DNA of 64,000 nucleotides, taken from positions 224,672 through 288,671 of the forward strand of contig CP030759.1 in NCBI GenBank assembly GCA_003290465.1. The letters run 5' to 3'. Positions 37,973 to 48,769 of the stretch are shown piece after piece. Both the position numbers and the translations under genes were made by a program. Numbering within the stretch: position 1 is the first letter of the stretch; every line of letters begins with the position of its first letter. The notes below the pieces were generated by a model. It worked only from the letters and a program-made list of their open reading frames with translations. It was not told the origin of the DNA and searched no databases. This DNA is from Candidatus Sumerlaea chitinivorans (GTDB taxonomy: Bacteria; Sumerlaeota; Sumerlaeia; Sumerlaeales; Sumerlaeaceae).

Positions 37973-39403
37973 TCAGTCAACGATCCTGAAATGATCAAAC
38001 TGGTGAAGGTTGGCATACCAAGCCGGTGCCGGTTCCATTGGCTGGAGTGCTAAAGTCTCAGCCGCACGAATCCCCATCAGCATCGAATGATCCATGTTGT
38101 TGTGATTGAAAAGTCCTTGCCGGCCGGTGCTCAGCAGATTAGGCACCTGCGCAAGCTCACGGCACACCTTCTCGAGCTCTGTCCGAAAACCCCGCGTGTA
38201 GATCGGATAGGCGTGACGAAGACGCTGGCACGCGACGGACTCAATTTCCTCGCGGCGGGCTAATCCGACAGCAAGCAGATCGTGCACCACAAGTTCACCG
38301 ATTTGCTCATCGGTCATACGCCACAGGTGAGAATCCCAACGAGCCGTCACCTCAAACACGACCAATGTGCTGCCTTCGGGCGCCATGCTCGGATCAAAAT
38401 TCCGAGGTTCATACGCGCGATTGAAGACTAAATGTTCCTCCGGAAAATACAGCCAAGTGTTCGGGGTGAGCTGCGGGCGACGGAAGGCCACACCGACAAG
38501 AATCATGCCCACGTATTCCAAGCGTCGTGCGGCTTCCTGAGCAGCCTGCACGGGAATGTGCTCAGCGACCATTTCAACGAGTTCCGGCAGCGGGATCGTC
38601 GAGATGACGTAGTCGCAAGCCACCCGACGTTGTTGAGTTCCATCCAACGCCCGGAAACCGACACTGCGCACACGGTTCTCCTCGATTTGCAGGTTCGTGG
38701 CCTGCCAGCCAGTTTCAAGGTGACCGCCCCCGCGCTCAACGCGTTGCGCAAGATTGCGCACCAAGTTCTCCACGCCCCCGCGGATGTAGGTGAAGGTTCC
38801 CAGTGCCGTTTGTTGGCCTTTGCGCTCGGGGGCCCCAATGAGCCGCCGCACAAGCCGATTGGTGTTGCCGGCACTCACGCGCACCCGAGCGATCTCCTCG
38901 CTCAAGGCCTCAGGCGGTGTCTTCCAAACTTTTTGAGTGTACGGGCGGATAATGAGTTCGTAGACGCCGCGACCAAATGCGTGAACCATGGCCTCGGCAT
39001 AATTCGAAGGCTGCTTGATCAGCGCACGAAGGCGCCCTCCTACCGCACTAAGCGCCAAGAAGCCCATTCTGAGGAAACCCATTTCGCGAAGCAGTTCCGT
39101 AGCTCGCACGGGGTAAGTGTAGAAATGGTTCTGCAGGAGGAGTTCGCTCCTACGTTCGACGACCAATGCTTGGTCCGACTCGATGAGCTCAGGGAGCAGG
39201 CGTTCGATCTCGGGCAGCTCCGTATAAATTCGATGCGGGCCGAGATCAGCCGAAAACTGCCCGATCTGCCATTTGCGCGCCAAACCGCCTGCGGTCGCTT
39301 CTTGCTCGAAGACGTAGACCTCCCAGTGGGGCTGGAGCTCCAGCAATCGGTAGGCAGCAGCAAGCCCGGCAACTCCCGCTCCGAGAATGACTACACGAGT
39401 CAC
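37973..39403 (-). CDS. FAD-dependent oxidoreductase (amine oxidase/protoporphyrinogen oxidase/phytoene desaturase superfamily)
   Basis: N-terminal Rossmann motif VVILGAGVAGLAAAYRL. The 476-aa length is typical of that superfamily. Confidence 0.7.
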   Translation of the reverse strand: MTRVVILGAGVAGLAAAYRLLELQPHWEVYVFEQEATAGGLARKWQIGQFSADLGPHRIYTELPEIERLLPELIESDQALVVERRSELLLQNHFYTYPVRATELLREMGFLRMGFLALSAVGGRLRALIKQPSNYAEAMVHAFGRGVYELIIRPYTQKVWKTPPEALSEEIARVRVSAGNTNRLVRRLIGAPERKGQQTALGTFTYIRGGVENLVRNLAQRVERGGGHLETGWQATNLQIEENRVRSVGFRALDGTQQRRVACDYVISTIPLPELVEMVAEHIPVQAAQEAARRLEYVGMILVGVAFRRPQLTPNTWLYFPEEHLVFNRAYEPRNFDPSMAPEGSTLVVFEVTARWDSHLWRMTDEQIGELVVHDLLAVGLARREEIESVACQRLRHAYPIYTRGFRTELEKVCRELAQVPNLLSTGRQGLFNHNNMDHSMLMGIRAAETLALQPMEPAPAWYANLHQFDHFRIVD

Positions 39404-39599
39404 TGTTCTGCGGGCTCCTTGCCTTTCACCGCTGAGTGGACTGTGTTCACGCGTTCAGACGACTGCATTGAGCAGATGATTCTCATCGGAGTGTTCGCTT
39501 TTGTTACTGGAGCGAATCACCGCAAATTCACTGTTGGGTCGGGAATCCTCGTCCGTACAAGGATAGCTTCTCTCTGTGATAAGCGAAACATAAGTTTCG

Positions 39600-42500
39600 C
39601 TACTCTGGGCGTGGGGGCAGGATCCCCTGAACCATGGGAAGGGGGACTGGCTGAATAGAGGGGTTGGCTGCGGGCCCCGAAACGCGAAAAGCCATGATCC
39701 ATCGACCCAAGGTTCGATCGGCAAATCTTGCGAGTTCGTCAACGATGGGAAGCCCTCCAAGAAGCGTGGATTCGAAAATGTTTAGCCGCACGATTGAATC
39801 GATGCTGTGGTTTTGGAGGAAATACTTCCCGTGCAGTTCAAGCAGCAGGCCTTCTGTTTCCAACGCAACGTGATCGCACGTCAGCACGCCGTCTTTGATT
39901 CGGAATTCGGTGTTTGGCTTGGAATTGTAGACCGATTTTTCAAAGAATCCTCGGCGCGTCTGCGTCAAATTCAGGAATTGAAAGAGACGGAGTATAAAGG
40001 GGAGGCGTCCTACTTCTACCTCGTAGAGCGTCGCCGAGCCGCTGCCCGACAGTCGCGAGGAATCGGCGCGGACTCCTTCAAGCGAAATTCGGGCGGTGAT
40101 GGTGCCGTTGACAGTGCGCGGATCCGTAAAGACCCAGCGCATCACAGGAGGGATCTGCACATGCTCGAGATTCACTTGAGCTCCCCAGCGAGGAAAGTTG
40201 GCAGGCTCGTCTTTGCGTGAGATAATGTAACCTTCTCCTGCCATGATGCCGCCGAATCCCTCGATTCGTACACGGCGAAATTCGGTACGTCGTTCTGGCT
40301 CTCCTTGAGTGTAGAAATACGCCACCACCCCAGTTCCACGCCCAGCTTGGAGGCCTTTGTATGTGACGCGGTTCGCTGAAAACGTACCTTCCAATTCAAA
40401 GTGCCTGTGTCCCTGCGGGGGAGGACCACCCCGTGGGGCCTCCATGCCCCAGCCCGTCAACCAAGTGTCGAGCTTGGCTTCGCCCTCGGTTTCAGCACGA
40501 AAGATAATTTTCGGGAGGTTGCCCGGCACAAATGTAATTGTTCCGCTGACACGGCAATTCTTTGTGTCTGCCATGTCACATGTCGCCGGCTGCCCCTCCG
40601 GTACAAGCAAAGTGATGCCGTCCAAAATGCCCGTTCCTCGAAAGTTTGCGAGCTCAGCGCGTGGGACCGAAAGACCGTAGGGGAGTGTTCGAGCCGGAGG
40701 CATGGAACGATGGCGGATCGTTGCCCCGCGCTCGTTGTTGCCTACTGTTACAGTGCCTTTGAGTTGAAAGGTTCCATCTTGAAATGCGGAACTGATCCGA
40801 CGGGGAAGTTCCGTGAGGCTCGCCACGGGTCGAAGCGAGTTGCTCGCTGTGGCCTGCCCCGCGCTCGGCGTCATAAGCTGAATTCGCACGTCTCCTTGCG
40901 CCGGACCTGCCAGCTCATACCACCGCGCGATTTTCGGAGAAATGCGCATCAACGTCTCTAAGTCAAAACTTGAGCGAGCTGCGATCGTCACCTGTTTCGC
41001 GTCGGCGCTAAAGTCCGCCGTAAGGGGAGTTCCGTTGACCTCGGCGGCTACTTTTGAAATCTCAAGATTGCCCGTAGTGCTCTGGTAACGTAGTTGCGCA
41101 TTTGCTCGGCGGATATCCGCGTCCACAACATCGTTGCGGAGGCTAAATCCTGCGTTTGCCACTGTACCCTCGACACTAAACGATGATTTGGGAATATCCG
41201 TCAGGGGAATGGCAAACCGCAGACGAGCTTCTGCGGCTCCTGTTACATTGCTCGCCGGCAAAGGACGTTGGGAGTTGCGCGAGAGGTACCCGACCAGCTC
41301 CGCCAATTCAAGTTTCACAGTCGCTGTTCCAGTCGCCACGGCGTTCTCCCAAAAGCCACCCGTGCCGCTGATCATCCCCTCGATGTCGATGTGGTTATGG
41401 TCGAGCCTTCCCTGAAGGCGGTTAATTCGCAGCGTTTCGTTCTCGAAGGTAACGGAACCGTTGACCTCTCGAATGGGCGCCGGTAGCCGCGGATGGCTCA
41501 CGGCAACTTGGCGAAATTGCATGTTCCCGCGAAGGCGTGGGGGCTGGGTTAGCTTGCGATCGCTCAAGTCCACCACCTGTTCATAGTCACCTTGGCTTTC
41601 CAGCAGCCCCTCGATCAGTGTGAGCTCATCCAGTAACAAACCGCGACGCAGCGGAGGCACGGTACGCGCGACGGTCGCAAGGTCGGCCAACGAAGATTTC
41701 AGGTGCCAATTCAGACGTATAACTCCAGAGCGCGACGTGAGGAGATCTCCTTGGAAATCGCCTTCCGCACGGATCGTACTTTCCTTGAGTGATGCAGCGA
41801 GCTGGCGTAGGACTACGCGCTGAGGCTCAAACGAAAGCTCTCCGCCCACCTCGCGTAGTGGATCTCTTAGCCCATCGAGAGCTACCGTTGCGCTTGTGAC
41901 ACGTACGGTCCCCAGAAGCGAATGAATCCTCTCGGGGGTTCCCGCAAACGCAATTTGCCCTCGCAAACCATCTGGTGGGAGATCAAACGATGCATGCTGT
42001 TGTGAGGCAAAGGCTGCAAGGATCTGGGCCCATGAACCTCCGAATCGCTCAAATCGAACACCTAAATCATAAGCGAGTGGAGATAGGCCGATCCGCCCAC
42101 TAAGTTCAACCGCAGCGTTCGGGCTCTGCAGATTGAGGCGTTCGATTTCGATTTCTTTCGATGATTGGGTGAGTCGCAACGCCCACGAGAAGTCCAATGC
42201 TTGGTCTGAAAACTGGAGTTTGCGGGTTGGGAGACTCACATAGAGAGTTTGCGCCGTTGCGCCCCCAAAACACCGAAGTTCTTGCTCCTCACGCAGAACG
42301 CGCAAATTCAAGCTAACCTGCTCAGCAGTCGCTCTTAGGGGGGGCATCGGAATGAGTACGTTCTGAACCGCTAACTGCGGCATGATGAGTTCAGCCCGGA
42401 GGTCATCCGATCCCAAAATGCTCAGGCTCATCTGGAAGGGAGTGCTGGCGTGGCCAAGTTCCACGATTCCCTCGGCACGGCCATCGTAACGCTTCTCATC

Positions 42501-43136
42501 AGCTGCACGTACTCTCAGATTCGTAAGGGACAAGGTCACGCTGGTGGGAGAGAACTCCTTGCCTCGCGGGCGCGAGGGCAAAGCAATCACTGCGGTCTCC
42601 TTGCGGATCAGCCGCACCGAAGCGTCACGGATTTCAACAGCTTGAATGGGAGGGACCCGTTCTCCAGTACGGACCTGATTCTCCGCTTGGATTCGCTCGA
42701 GCAATGAGCGGAAGGGGGGCGCCAATTGCAGGCCGTGCTCATCATAGATAAACTCAAGGGGCGATGGACTTTCAATTGTGATGGTCCCGATGATTTTGCG
42801 TGAGAGTCCGACCAGCGCGAACGGGTTGAGCTGAATCGAGACGCGTTCGGCGCTCACAATGGGTGCTGCTTGCTCAGCATCGGCAAGCAACATGGGCCTG
42901 CGCACGACGCACTTAAGTTGACCCAGAAAGAAACCAGCGGATTCGAATTCCAGTTTGGCGTGTGTGGCAAGTTCGACTTGAGTGCGTAGTTTCTCCGTGA
43001 GCCACTGCGCCTCGAGGGGCACGTTGTAGACTAAAATGAGGAGGGCGGCTGCGATGGAAATGCCCAGCAAGGAAACACGCCAGATCCAAATTCTGAGTTT
43101 TGAGCGGTTGCGCGATGGCTTCTTGCGCGGTGGCAC
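39600..43136 (-). CDS. AsmA/TamB-like giant envelope protein (N-terminal membrane anchor, long beta-rich periplasm-spanning region)
   Basis: 1178 aa. A single N-terminal TM (IWIWRVSLLGISIAAALLILVY), then repetitive beta-strand-rich sequence. This composition and architecture matches the TamB/AsmA family of diderm bacteria. Confidence 0.55.
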   Translation of the reverse strand: MPPRKKPSRNRSKLRIWIWRVSLLGISIAAALLILVYNVPLEAQWLTEKLRTQVELATHAKLEFESAGFFLGQLKCVVRRPMLLADAEQAAPIVSAERVSIQLNPFALVGLSRKIIGTITIESPSPLEFIYDEHGLQLAPPFRSLLERIQAENQVRTGERVPPIQAVEIRDASVRLIRKETAVIALPSRPRGKEFSPTSVTLSLTNLRVRAADEKRYDGRAEGIVELGHASTPFQMSLSILGSDDLRAELIMPQLAVQNVLIPMPPLRATAEQVSLNLRVLREEQELRCFGGATAQTLYVSLPTRKLQFSDQALDFSWALRLTQSSKEIEIERLNLQSPNAAVELSGRIGLSPLAYDLGVRFERFGGSWAQILAAFASQQHASFDLPPDGLRGQIAFAGTPERIHSLLGTVRVTSATVALDGLRDPLREVGGELSFEPQRVVLRQLAASLKESTIRAEGDFQGDLLTSRSGVIRLNWHLKSSLADLATVARTVPPLRRGLLLDELTLIEGLLESQGDYEQVVDLSDRKLTQPPRLRGNMQFRQVAVSHPRLPAPIREVNGSVTFENETLRINRLQGRLDHNHIDIEGMISGTGGFWENAVATGTATVKLELAELVGYLSRNSQRPLPASNVTGAAEARLRFAIPLTDIPKSSFSVEGTVANAGFSLRNDVVDADIRRANAQLRYQSTTGNLEISKVAAEVNGTPLTADFSADAKQVTIAARSSFDLETLMRISPKIARWYELAGPAQGDVRIQLMTPSAGQATASNSLRPVASLTELPRRISSAFQDGTFQLKGTVTVGNNERGATIRHRSMPPARTLPYGLSVPRAELANFRGTGILDGITLLVPEGQPATCDMADTKNCRVSGTITFVPGNLPKIIFRAETEGEAKLDTWLTGWGMEAPRGGPPPQGHRHFELEGTFSANRVTYKGLQAGRGTGVVAYFYTQGEPERRTEFRRVRIEGFGGIMAGEGYIISRKDEPANFPRWGAQVNLEHVQIPPVMRWVFTDPRTVNGTITARISLEGVRADSSRLSGSGSATLYEVEVGRLPFILRLFQFLNLTQTRRGFFEKSVYNSKPNTEFRIKDGVLTCDHVALETEGLLLELHGKYFLQNHSIDSIVRLNIFESTLLGGLPIVDELARFADRTLGRWIMAFRVSGPAANPSIQPVPLPMVQGILPPRPE

Positions 43137-43289
43137 GGCTGGCGAGTTCCTAACTATGATAACTCAGCGTCTTGGGTAACTTGCGGCACGGTACCGCAGT
43201 TGGTCGGCCGATGTAGCTCTGCGACACAAAACCTCGGCATCATCCGTGGCTTGCATTCCTCCGCAGCGTTCCAAGAGAATACTTGTGTT

Positions 43290-43928
43290 ATGGTCATCAC
43301 CGGTTTCAAGGCTGGAAAACGCAAGAGCGATCCTTTCACCGTCGAACTCTCTACGGGAGACACCTTCCAATTAGACGCCGAATTAATCGTTCGGTTCCAG
43401 CTCAAAAAAGGAATGGAGCTGAATACCGATTTTCGGCAAAGACTTGAAGAAGAGCAGGCCACGCTGTTGGCGCGCCGTCGGTTGGTGCGGTATTTGTCAG
43501 GTCGGCGAAAAACCAAAAAAGAAGCCGAAGAGTATCTACGCAGATTGGGATTCAAGGACCGCGCAGTTGCCGCTGCAATCCAAGGGGCCACGGAGTTAGG
43601 GTTGCTCAACGATGAAAGCTATGCGATCGCATATCGGCGTACGCAGGAGCGCATTTCGGCAAAAGGCTACCGCGCCATTGAGCACGAACTCATCGCAAGA
43701 GGCGTTGCACCCAGCGTTGCCCGCAAGGCCATTGCGGATGCCACTTCGCGTGAATACCAGCTGCAACTCGCGAACCAACTTGCAGAAAAACGGAGGCGTG
43801 CACTGGCCGATCTTGACCCTATGAAAGGGCGTCAGCGGCTGAGCAACTTTCTTCTGCGTCGCGGGTTCGATGCTGAGGTCGTCTCAGAAGTTGTGCGAAA
43901 GTTTTACGGGGATTCAGAAAACGATTGA
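43290..43928 (+). CDS. recX: Recombination regulator RecX
   Basis: Three-repeat helical architecture: RRRLVRYLSGRRKTKKEAEEYLRRLGF...DESYAIAYRR...SNFLLRRGF. Trimmed to the internal ATG 43290. Confidence 0.75.
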   Translation: MVITGFKAGKRKSDPFTVELSTGDTFQLDAELIVRFQLKKGMELNTDFRQRLEEEQATLLARRRLVRYLSGRRKTKKEAEEYLRRLGFKDRAVAAAIQGATELGLLNDESYAIAYRRTQERISAKGYRAIEHELIARGVAPSVARKAIADATSREYQLQLANQLAEKRRRALADLDPMKGRQRLSNFLLRRGFDAEVVSEVVRKFYGDSEND

Positions 43929-44057
43929 AAACCGTAGGTTGACGAAGGCGAACAAAACATCACACATTCGTTAGATTGTGCTGCGGGCACGGCTTGTAAC
44001 AGCCCGCAACGGACAGCGGTGCCAAAATGCTAAATTGTTATCAGAGGGACAGACGCG

Positions 44058-45299
44058 ATGCGAGCGGAAGATCTACGAGGTAAAACGATTGCTTTTGCGG
44101 CTTCAGGCGGATTGGACAGTTGCACTATCACCCGCTGGCTGGCTGATCAGGGGGTGAAGGTGGTGTGTGTGACTTTGGATCTTGGCCAGCCCGATGATCC
44201 GGATCTTGAAGCCGTACGTCAGCGAATGCTGGCGTCAGGGGCCGCCGAAGCGCACGTACTGGACGGCCGTGAAGCTCTGGCTCGCGAGGGCATGAAGGTC
44301 ATCCATGCACAAGCAAAATATGAAGGTGACTATTGGAACACGACCGGCATTGCTCGCCACGTCACCACTCGCATCATTCTGGATTTCATGCGCCAGCGTG
44401 GGATTACCGTTCTTAGCCATGGTGCAACAGGTCGCGGCAACGACCAAGTCCGCTTTCAAATTGTCACCAACATGCTTGAGCCAGACTTTCAGGTCTATGC
44501 CCCATGGCGAGATGAGTCGTTCCTGCATGCCTTTGGTGGGCGAAAAGAGATGATTGATTTTTGCCTCGAGCGCGGCATCCCCATCAAGGCCTCTCACGAT
44601 AAGCCCTATAGCACCGACGCAAATTTGCTTGGTTTGACTCATGAAGCGGGAAAACTCGAATCGCTGAAAGAAGGAGCCTTCAGCATCGATCCGGAATTTG
44701 GGGTGCTTCCCACGCAGGCGCCCGATACGCCGGAGCGCTTTGTCGTCCGGTTCGAACAGGGCATGCCCGTTGCGGTGAATGGAAAACCTGTCAGCATCCT
44801 TGAGGCATTCCAAGAGGCAAATGCCGCTGGCGGCCGGAATGGCGTGGGAATTGCCTTGCACCTTGTGGAAAACCGCTTTGTAGGGATCAAATCGCGCGGA
44901 GTTTATGAAACCCCTGCCATGGCAGTGTTGGGCCGTGCCTACGAGTATCTTCTCCAACTCATCTTGGACCGGCGTGCGCGGCGACTCTTCACAACGTTGT
45001 CGGAGTACCTCGCGGAGCAGATCTATCAAGGGTATTGGTTTGATACCGGCTCAGCGGCAGCAAAGGAAGCCGTAGCGGCGTTCACCCAATTTGCCACCGG
45101 AACCATCGCCCTCGACCTCTACAAAGGGAACGCGATTTTTGCTTATGCTGAAGATGTTCCGCATTGTGTTTACTCGGAGACCGCCGCATCCATGGAGAAG
45201 GTCGGGGAATTTAACCACGCCGACTCGGAAGGCTTCCTGAATGTGTTGGGTGTCTCGGCGCGAATTCTTGCTCGTGCGGGGCAGGTCAACCGTCAGTAG
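44058..45299 (+). CDS. argG: Argininosuccinate synthase
   Basis: PP-loop AFAASGGLDSCT, an ArgG hallmark, and the conserved ArgG core blocks. Confidence 0.92.
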   Translation: MRAEDLRGKTIAFAASGGLDSCTITRWLADQGVKVVCVTLDLGQPDDPDLEAVRQRMLASGAAEAHVLDGREALAREGMKVIHAQAKYEGDYWNTTGIARHVTTRIILDFMRQRGITVLSHGATGRGNDQVRFQIVTNMLEPDFQVYAPWRDESFLHAFGGRKEMIDFCLERGIPIKASHDKPYSTDANLLGLTHEAGKLESLKEGAFSIDPEFGVLPTQAPDTPERFVVRFEQGMPVAVNGKPVSILEAFQEANAAGGRNGVGIALHLVENRFVGIKSRGVYETPAMAVLGRAYEYLLQLILDRRARRLFTTLSEYLAEQIYQGYWFDTGSAAAKEAVAAFTQFATGTIALDLYKGNAIFAYAEDVPHCVYSETAASMEKVGEFNHADSEGFLNVLGVSARILARAGQVNRQ

Positions 45300-46207
45300 G
45301 CGCGGTTCAGACTTCTCTGCTGCCGCGTGAGCGCCCCACAGAGCTTGCACACGGGCTTGAGCTCGCAAGCGGCACATGCCCGCAGGCTTGGCTGTGTTGG
45401 GCATTCTTGCAGAATCCCAAGGTGACACAGCGCAAAATCATAGCGCGTGGGATCGTGCGGAGAAATCTGCCGGAACGCCTCGGTGACTTTTCGTGCTGCT
45501 TTCAATGAGGCGCTGGAACCTTCCAAAAGTCCGAGGTTGGCGGTAATCCGCCGGATGTGGCTATCGAGCGGCATGAGGAGCTTGCTTGGCGAAACGCTTG
45601 GCCATAGGCCAAGATCAATGCCGTCTCGTGGGCGCACAACCCACCGGAGAAAAAGAAACCAACGCTTGCATGCACTCCCGGCTGCCGGGCGTGGTACAAG
45701 ATGCTTAAAGGAGTGTTTCGCAAGGATGCGCTCCTTGTTGTAACCTCGGGGCAGCGGTTCGTCCAACAGGCGTCCGACAAAGCGATCTAATGCTGGCGCC
45801 AAGTCCACGTCGCGCTCATCCACACACTCCCGAAACCTTGCTTCAAGGGAGGCCTTCCTGGTGAAGCGATGGAGCAAGGCGCACATGGCCGCAAGGTCCT
45901 CTCCCTCCGTGAAGCGATGCTTGAAATCCTCAAGCCGGCGGATTGCATCCCGTGGCTGAAAATCGCGGACAAACGCCGCCGGTTGCCAGTCCATGCGTTC
46001 GTACAAGTCTCGAAGGTCTTTGAGGATTTGCCCGACCTGTCCGTAAGCTAAGAGGGCTGCGAAAAGGGCCGCGACCTCCTGATCTTCGGGCGTGGAGAAT
46101 TCGTGCACGAGTGCCAGTGGATCCGCGTAAAGGAATCGTGGATGATGGTAGCTCGCGTAGATGCGCTCAAGGTACTCAGTCAGGTCCTGCTGCCTAAATG
46201 GGTTCAT
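45293..46207 (-). CDS. TIGR02757/DUF2400-like conserved hypothetical protein. The C-terminal Cys cluster is a possible metal site. Convergently overlaps argG by 7 nt.
   Basis: 304 aa, with the C-terminal CxxC...C...C...C cluster (CHLGILQECP...CAACELKPVCKLC). The family name is from memory; low certainty. Confidence 0.4.
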   Translation of the reverse strand: MNPFRQQDLTEYLERIYASYHHPRFLYADPLALVHEFSTPEDQEVAALFAALLAYGQVGQILKDLRDLYERMDWQPAAFVRDFQPRDAIRRLEDFKHRFTEGEDLAAMCALLHRFTRKASLEARFRECVDERDVDLAPALDRFVGRLLDEPLPRGYNKERILAKHSFKHLVPRPAAGSACKRWFLFLRWVVRPRDGIDLGLWPSVSPSKLLMPLDSHIRRITANLGLLEGSSASLKAARKVTEAFRQISPHDPTRYDFALCHLGILQECPTQPSLRACAACELKPVCKLCGALTRQQRSLNRAY

Positions 46208-46241
46208 TCGCCCTCAAAATACCGCGGCTGAGCGATGTTGC

Positions 46242-47267
46242 TCATGCCCGCGCGGACTCTGAATGCATTTGAGCTTCGCGCATGAGGGCGGATCGGTGCA
46301 ACACCGAACGGCCAATCACACTTCGTGCGGCTTGTTCGTAGGCCGTAAAGGTCCCACCGGCCATGCGGCGCAGAATTTCGATACGCTTTTCGGTCGGTGG
46401 ATGAGTCGAGAAGATGCTGTCGGCGCCTTCAACGGCAAGTGGGTTAATGATGAACATGGGAGCTGCTGCGCGGTTGACAGCGGTCATTTCGGCCGCTTGG
46501 GCTTCTATTTTCTCAAGCGCTGACGCTAATCCCTCTGGGTAACGCGTGTAGACGGCCGCACACGCGTCGGCAAGATATTCGCGCCTTCGGGAGCTGGCGA
46601 AATAAATGATTTGGGCAAGAATTGGGGCGAGCAAGCTCACGAGTAAGGCGATCAAAAGTGCAATCGTAACGGCCTGGTTTCCTTGTTTTCTGTCTCTATC
46701 CGTGTTACTGCTAACCGACTGGAACCGAACTAACCGCCATGTCAGATCAGCCATGACAACGATCGCGCCGAGCATTACGGCCATCAGTGTCATGAATCTC
46801 GTGTCTTGATTCTTGATGTGTGCTACTTCATGGGCAACCACTCCTTGCAGCTCGTCACGCGTTAGAAGATCCAGGAGTCCCGCAGTGACAGCAATTCCCG
46901 CCTTCTCTGGGCTTCGACCAAAAGCAAAGGCGTTGGGTGCCCACTCATTGATGATGTAAACGTCAGGTACTTTCGGTAAGCCGGCCGCGATACTCATTTC
47001 CTCTACCACGTTGTGGAGAATGGGAAGATCCTCGCGGCTGAGTTTGCGTGCGTCCATGTTCGCAAAAACGACCGCTGTCGGGGACGCAGCATAAATGAGG
47101 TAAAGTATCAGAAAAATGAGAGTCCCTATTCCCAACCCAATATGCATCCCTTCTTCAGTAGGGACGATCGCAAAGCCAAGCGCGGCACTCGTGCCCGCGA
47201 ACAGCACAAACATAAACAGGATTAAGACAACGGATCGTCTTCTATTGGATCGGATTTGCTCCCACAT
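46242..47267 (-). CDS. M48-family zinc metallopeptidase (HtpX-like) with TM segments
   Basis: HEVAH zinc-binding motif (VVAHEVAHIKN) and a downstream Glu. N-terminal and central TM helices. Confidence 0.8.
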   Translation of the reverse strand: MWEQIRSNRRRSVVLILFMFVLFAGTSAALGFAIVPTEEGMHIGLGIGTLIFLILYLIYAASPTAVVFANMDARKLSREDLPILHNVVEEMSIAAGLPKVPDVYIINEWAPNAFAFGRSPEKAGIAVTAGLLDLLTRDELQGVVAHEVAHIKNQDTRFMTLMAVMLGAIVVMADLTWRLVRFQSVSSNTDRDRKQGNQAVTIALLIALLVSLLAPILAQIIYFASSRRREYLADACAAVYTRYPEGLASALEKIEAQAAEMTAVNRAAAPMFIINPLAVEGADSIFSTHPPTEKRIEILRRMAGGTFTAYEQAARSVIGRSVLHRSALMREAQMHSESARA

Positions 47268-47371
47268 TGGATGCGTTCCTCACGGAGACAAAGACGACGT
47301 TCTTCTCCGGCACAGGCTGCACTTTGCCCATTGCCGCGAAATGTACCCCACGCTAATGCAAATTGGATGGC

Positions 47372-47926
47372 TCAGAAACTTACTTTTGGTGCTTCTCGCA
47401 CGGCCGCTTCCTGCACTTCGAAGAATTCCTTCTTGGTAAACGCAAAGATTCCCGCGATGATATTGGTCGGGAACTGTTGGATTCGTGCATTATACCTCAT
47501 GACCGAGTCGTTGTAGTACTGTCGGGCAAAGGCGATTTTGTTCTCGGTGGAAGCCAGTTCTTCCTGCAGTTGCAGAAAGTTCTCGTTGGCTTTCAGATTG
47601 GGATACGCTTCGGCCAATGCGAACAAGGACTTGAGGGTCCCAGTTAGAATGTTCTCTGCTTCAGCCTTCTCGGCGACTCCTGTAGCTTGCATGGCCATTG
47701 CGCGGGCCTGAATGACTTTTTCCAAAGTCTGTCGCTCGTGGGCCGCATAGCCTTTGACCGTTTCCACCAAGTTGGGAATGAGGTCATAGCGGCGCCTAAG
47801 CTGCACATCAATTTGGGCCCATGCGTTTTCCACTTCTGTCCGCATGGCAATAAGCGAGTTGTACGTCCCAATGACCCAGAACAGGATGATTAGCAAAAGG
47901 ACCAGCACAACAATCAGAGCTGTCAT
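47372..47926 (-). CDS. LemA-family protein
   Basis: N-terminal TM; [45 protein letters not shown]..., the LemA consensus. Precedes the M48 peptidase, as is often seen. Confidence 0.85.
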   Translation of the reverse strand: MTALIVVLVLLLIILFWVIGTYNSLIAMRTEVENAWAQIDVQLRRRYDLIPNLVETVKGYAAHERQTLEKVIQARAMAMQATGVAEKAEAENILTGTLKSLFALAEAYPNLKANENFLQLQEELASTENKIAFARQYYNDSVMRYNARIQQFPTNIIAGIFAFTKKEFFEVQEAAVREAPKVSF

Positions 47927-48283
47927 GCCACTTCTCCTCGTCTTCTTAGAATCTCCCGGTTCTGAGGCAAATCTTCACGACCCCATCTTTGCCCTTCGCC
48001 CCAGGTATGTACGTCTCGAATTTACTATTACCGCCTTACTGCCTGTCACGTCTTTTTTGTATCTTAACAATACGCAGGTAACCAGATTTGGCTTGTCCCC
48101 ACATCAGCCGCACAGCTATTATTTGAAGGTGGAGGTGATTGGGCCATGCGACCACCCTTATGGAACACGGGCTCTTGTCCTCGCAACCCCTTTGAGCGCT
48201 ACGCTCCTGTCTGGCTCATTCTCGCAATGCTCTCGATTCCGTTTCTTGCGCACACAACGACTGTTCCGTTAGGAGGGAAAATC

Positions 48284-48745
48284 GTGAAATTCGAACTCAC
48301 GAGCACGGCATTTCGTGCGGGCGAAATGATTCCGTCGAAATACACTTGCGATGGACCGGATGTGTCCCCGCCCTTGGCTTGGACTGGCGTGCCTCAAGGC
48401 ACACAAAGTTTGGCTCTGATCGTGGATGATCCTGATGCGCCGCGCGGAACATGGGTACATTGGGTGCTTTACGACATTCCTGCTCAGGAGTCGTCGTTGC
48501 CGGAAGCGGTACCGCCAGATCCTCAGCTCAAAAATGGGGCGCGAAACGGGAAGAACGATTTTCAGCGCCTTGGATATGGGGGGCCTTGCCCACCGAGCGG
48601 CACCCATCGGTACTTCTTCAAACTCTACGCACTTGATAAGAAATTGGGCTTGCCGTCAGGAGCGACGAAAGCAGAGGTGCTGAAGGCCATGGAGGGACAC
48701 ATCCTCGGCCAAGCAGAACTCATGGGCACCTACAAGCGTCGCTAA
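48284..48745 (+). CDS. YbhB/YbcL-family PEBP (Raf-kinase-inhibitor-like) protein
   Basis: DDPDAP...WVHWVLYDIP and GYGGPCPP...HRYFFKLYALD are PEBP signature blocks. I prefer the GTG 48284 start, preceded by the strong RBS TAGGAGGG, over the long track ORF from 48146. Confidence 0.8.
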   Translation: MKFELTSTAFRAGEMIPSKYTCDGPDVSPPLAWTGVPQGTQSLALIVDDPDAPRGTWVHWVLYDIPAQESSLPEAVPPDPQLKNGARNGKNDFQRLGYGGPCPPSGTHRYFFKLYALDKKLGLPSGATKAEVLKAMEGHILGQAELMGTYKRR

Positions 48746-48769
48746 AGGATGAGGCAACGAGCTCAGTGA

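Noticed and set aside
38432-39658. 408-aa plus-strand ORF
   Set aside because: Antisense to the FAD oxidoreductase; no motifs.
44235-45029. 264-aa minus-strand ORF
   Set aside because: Antisense to argG.
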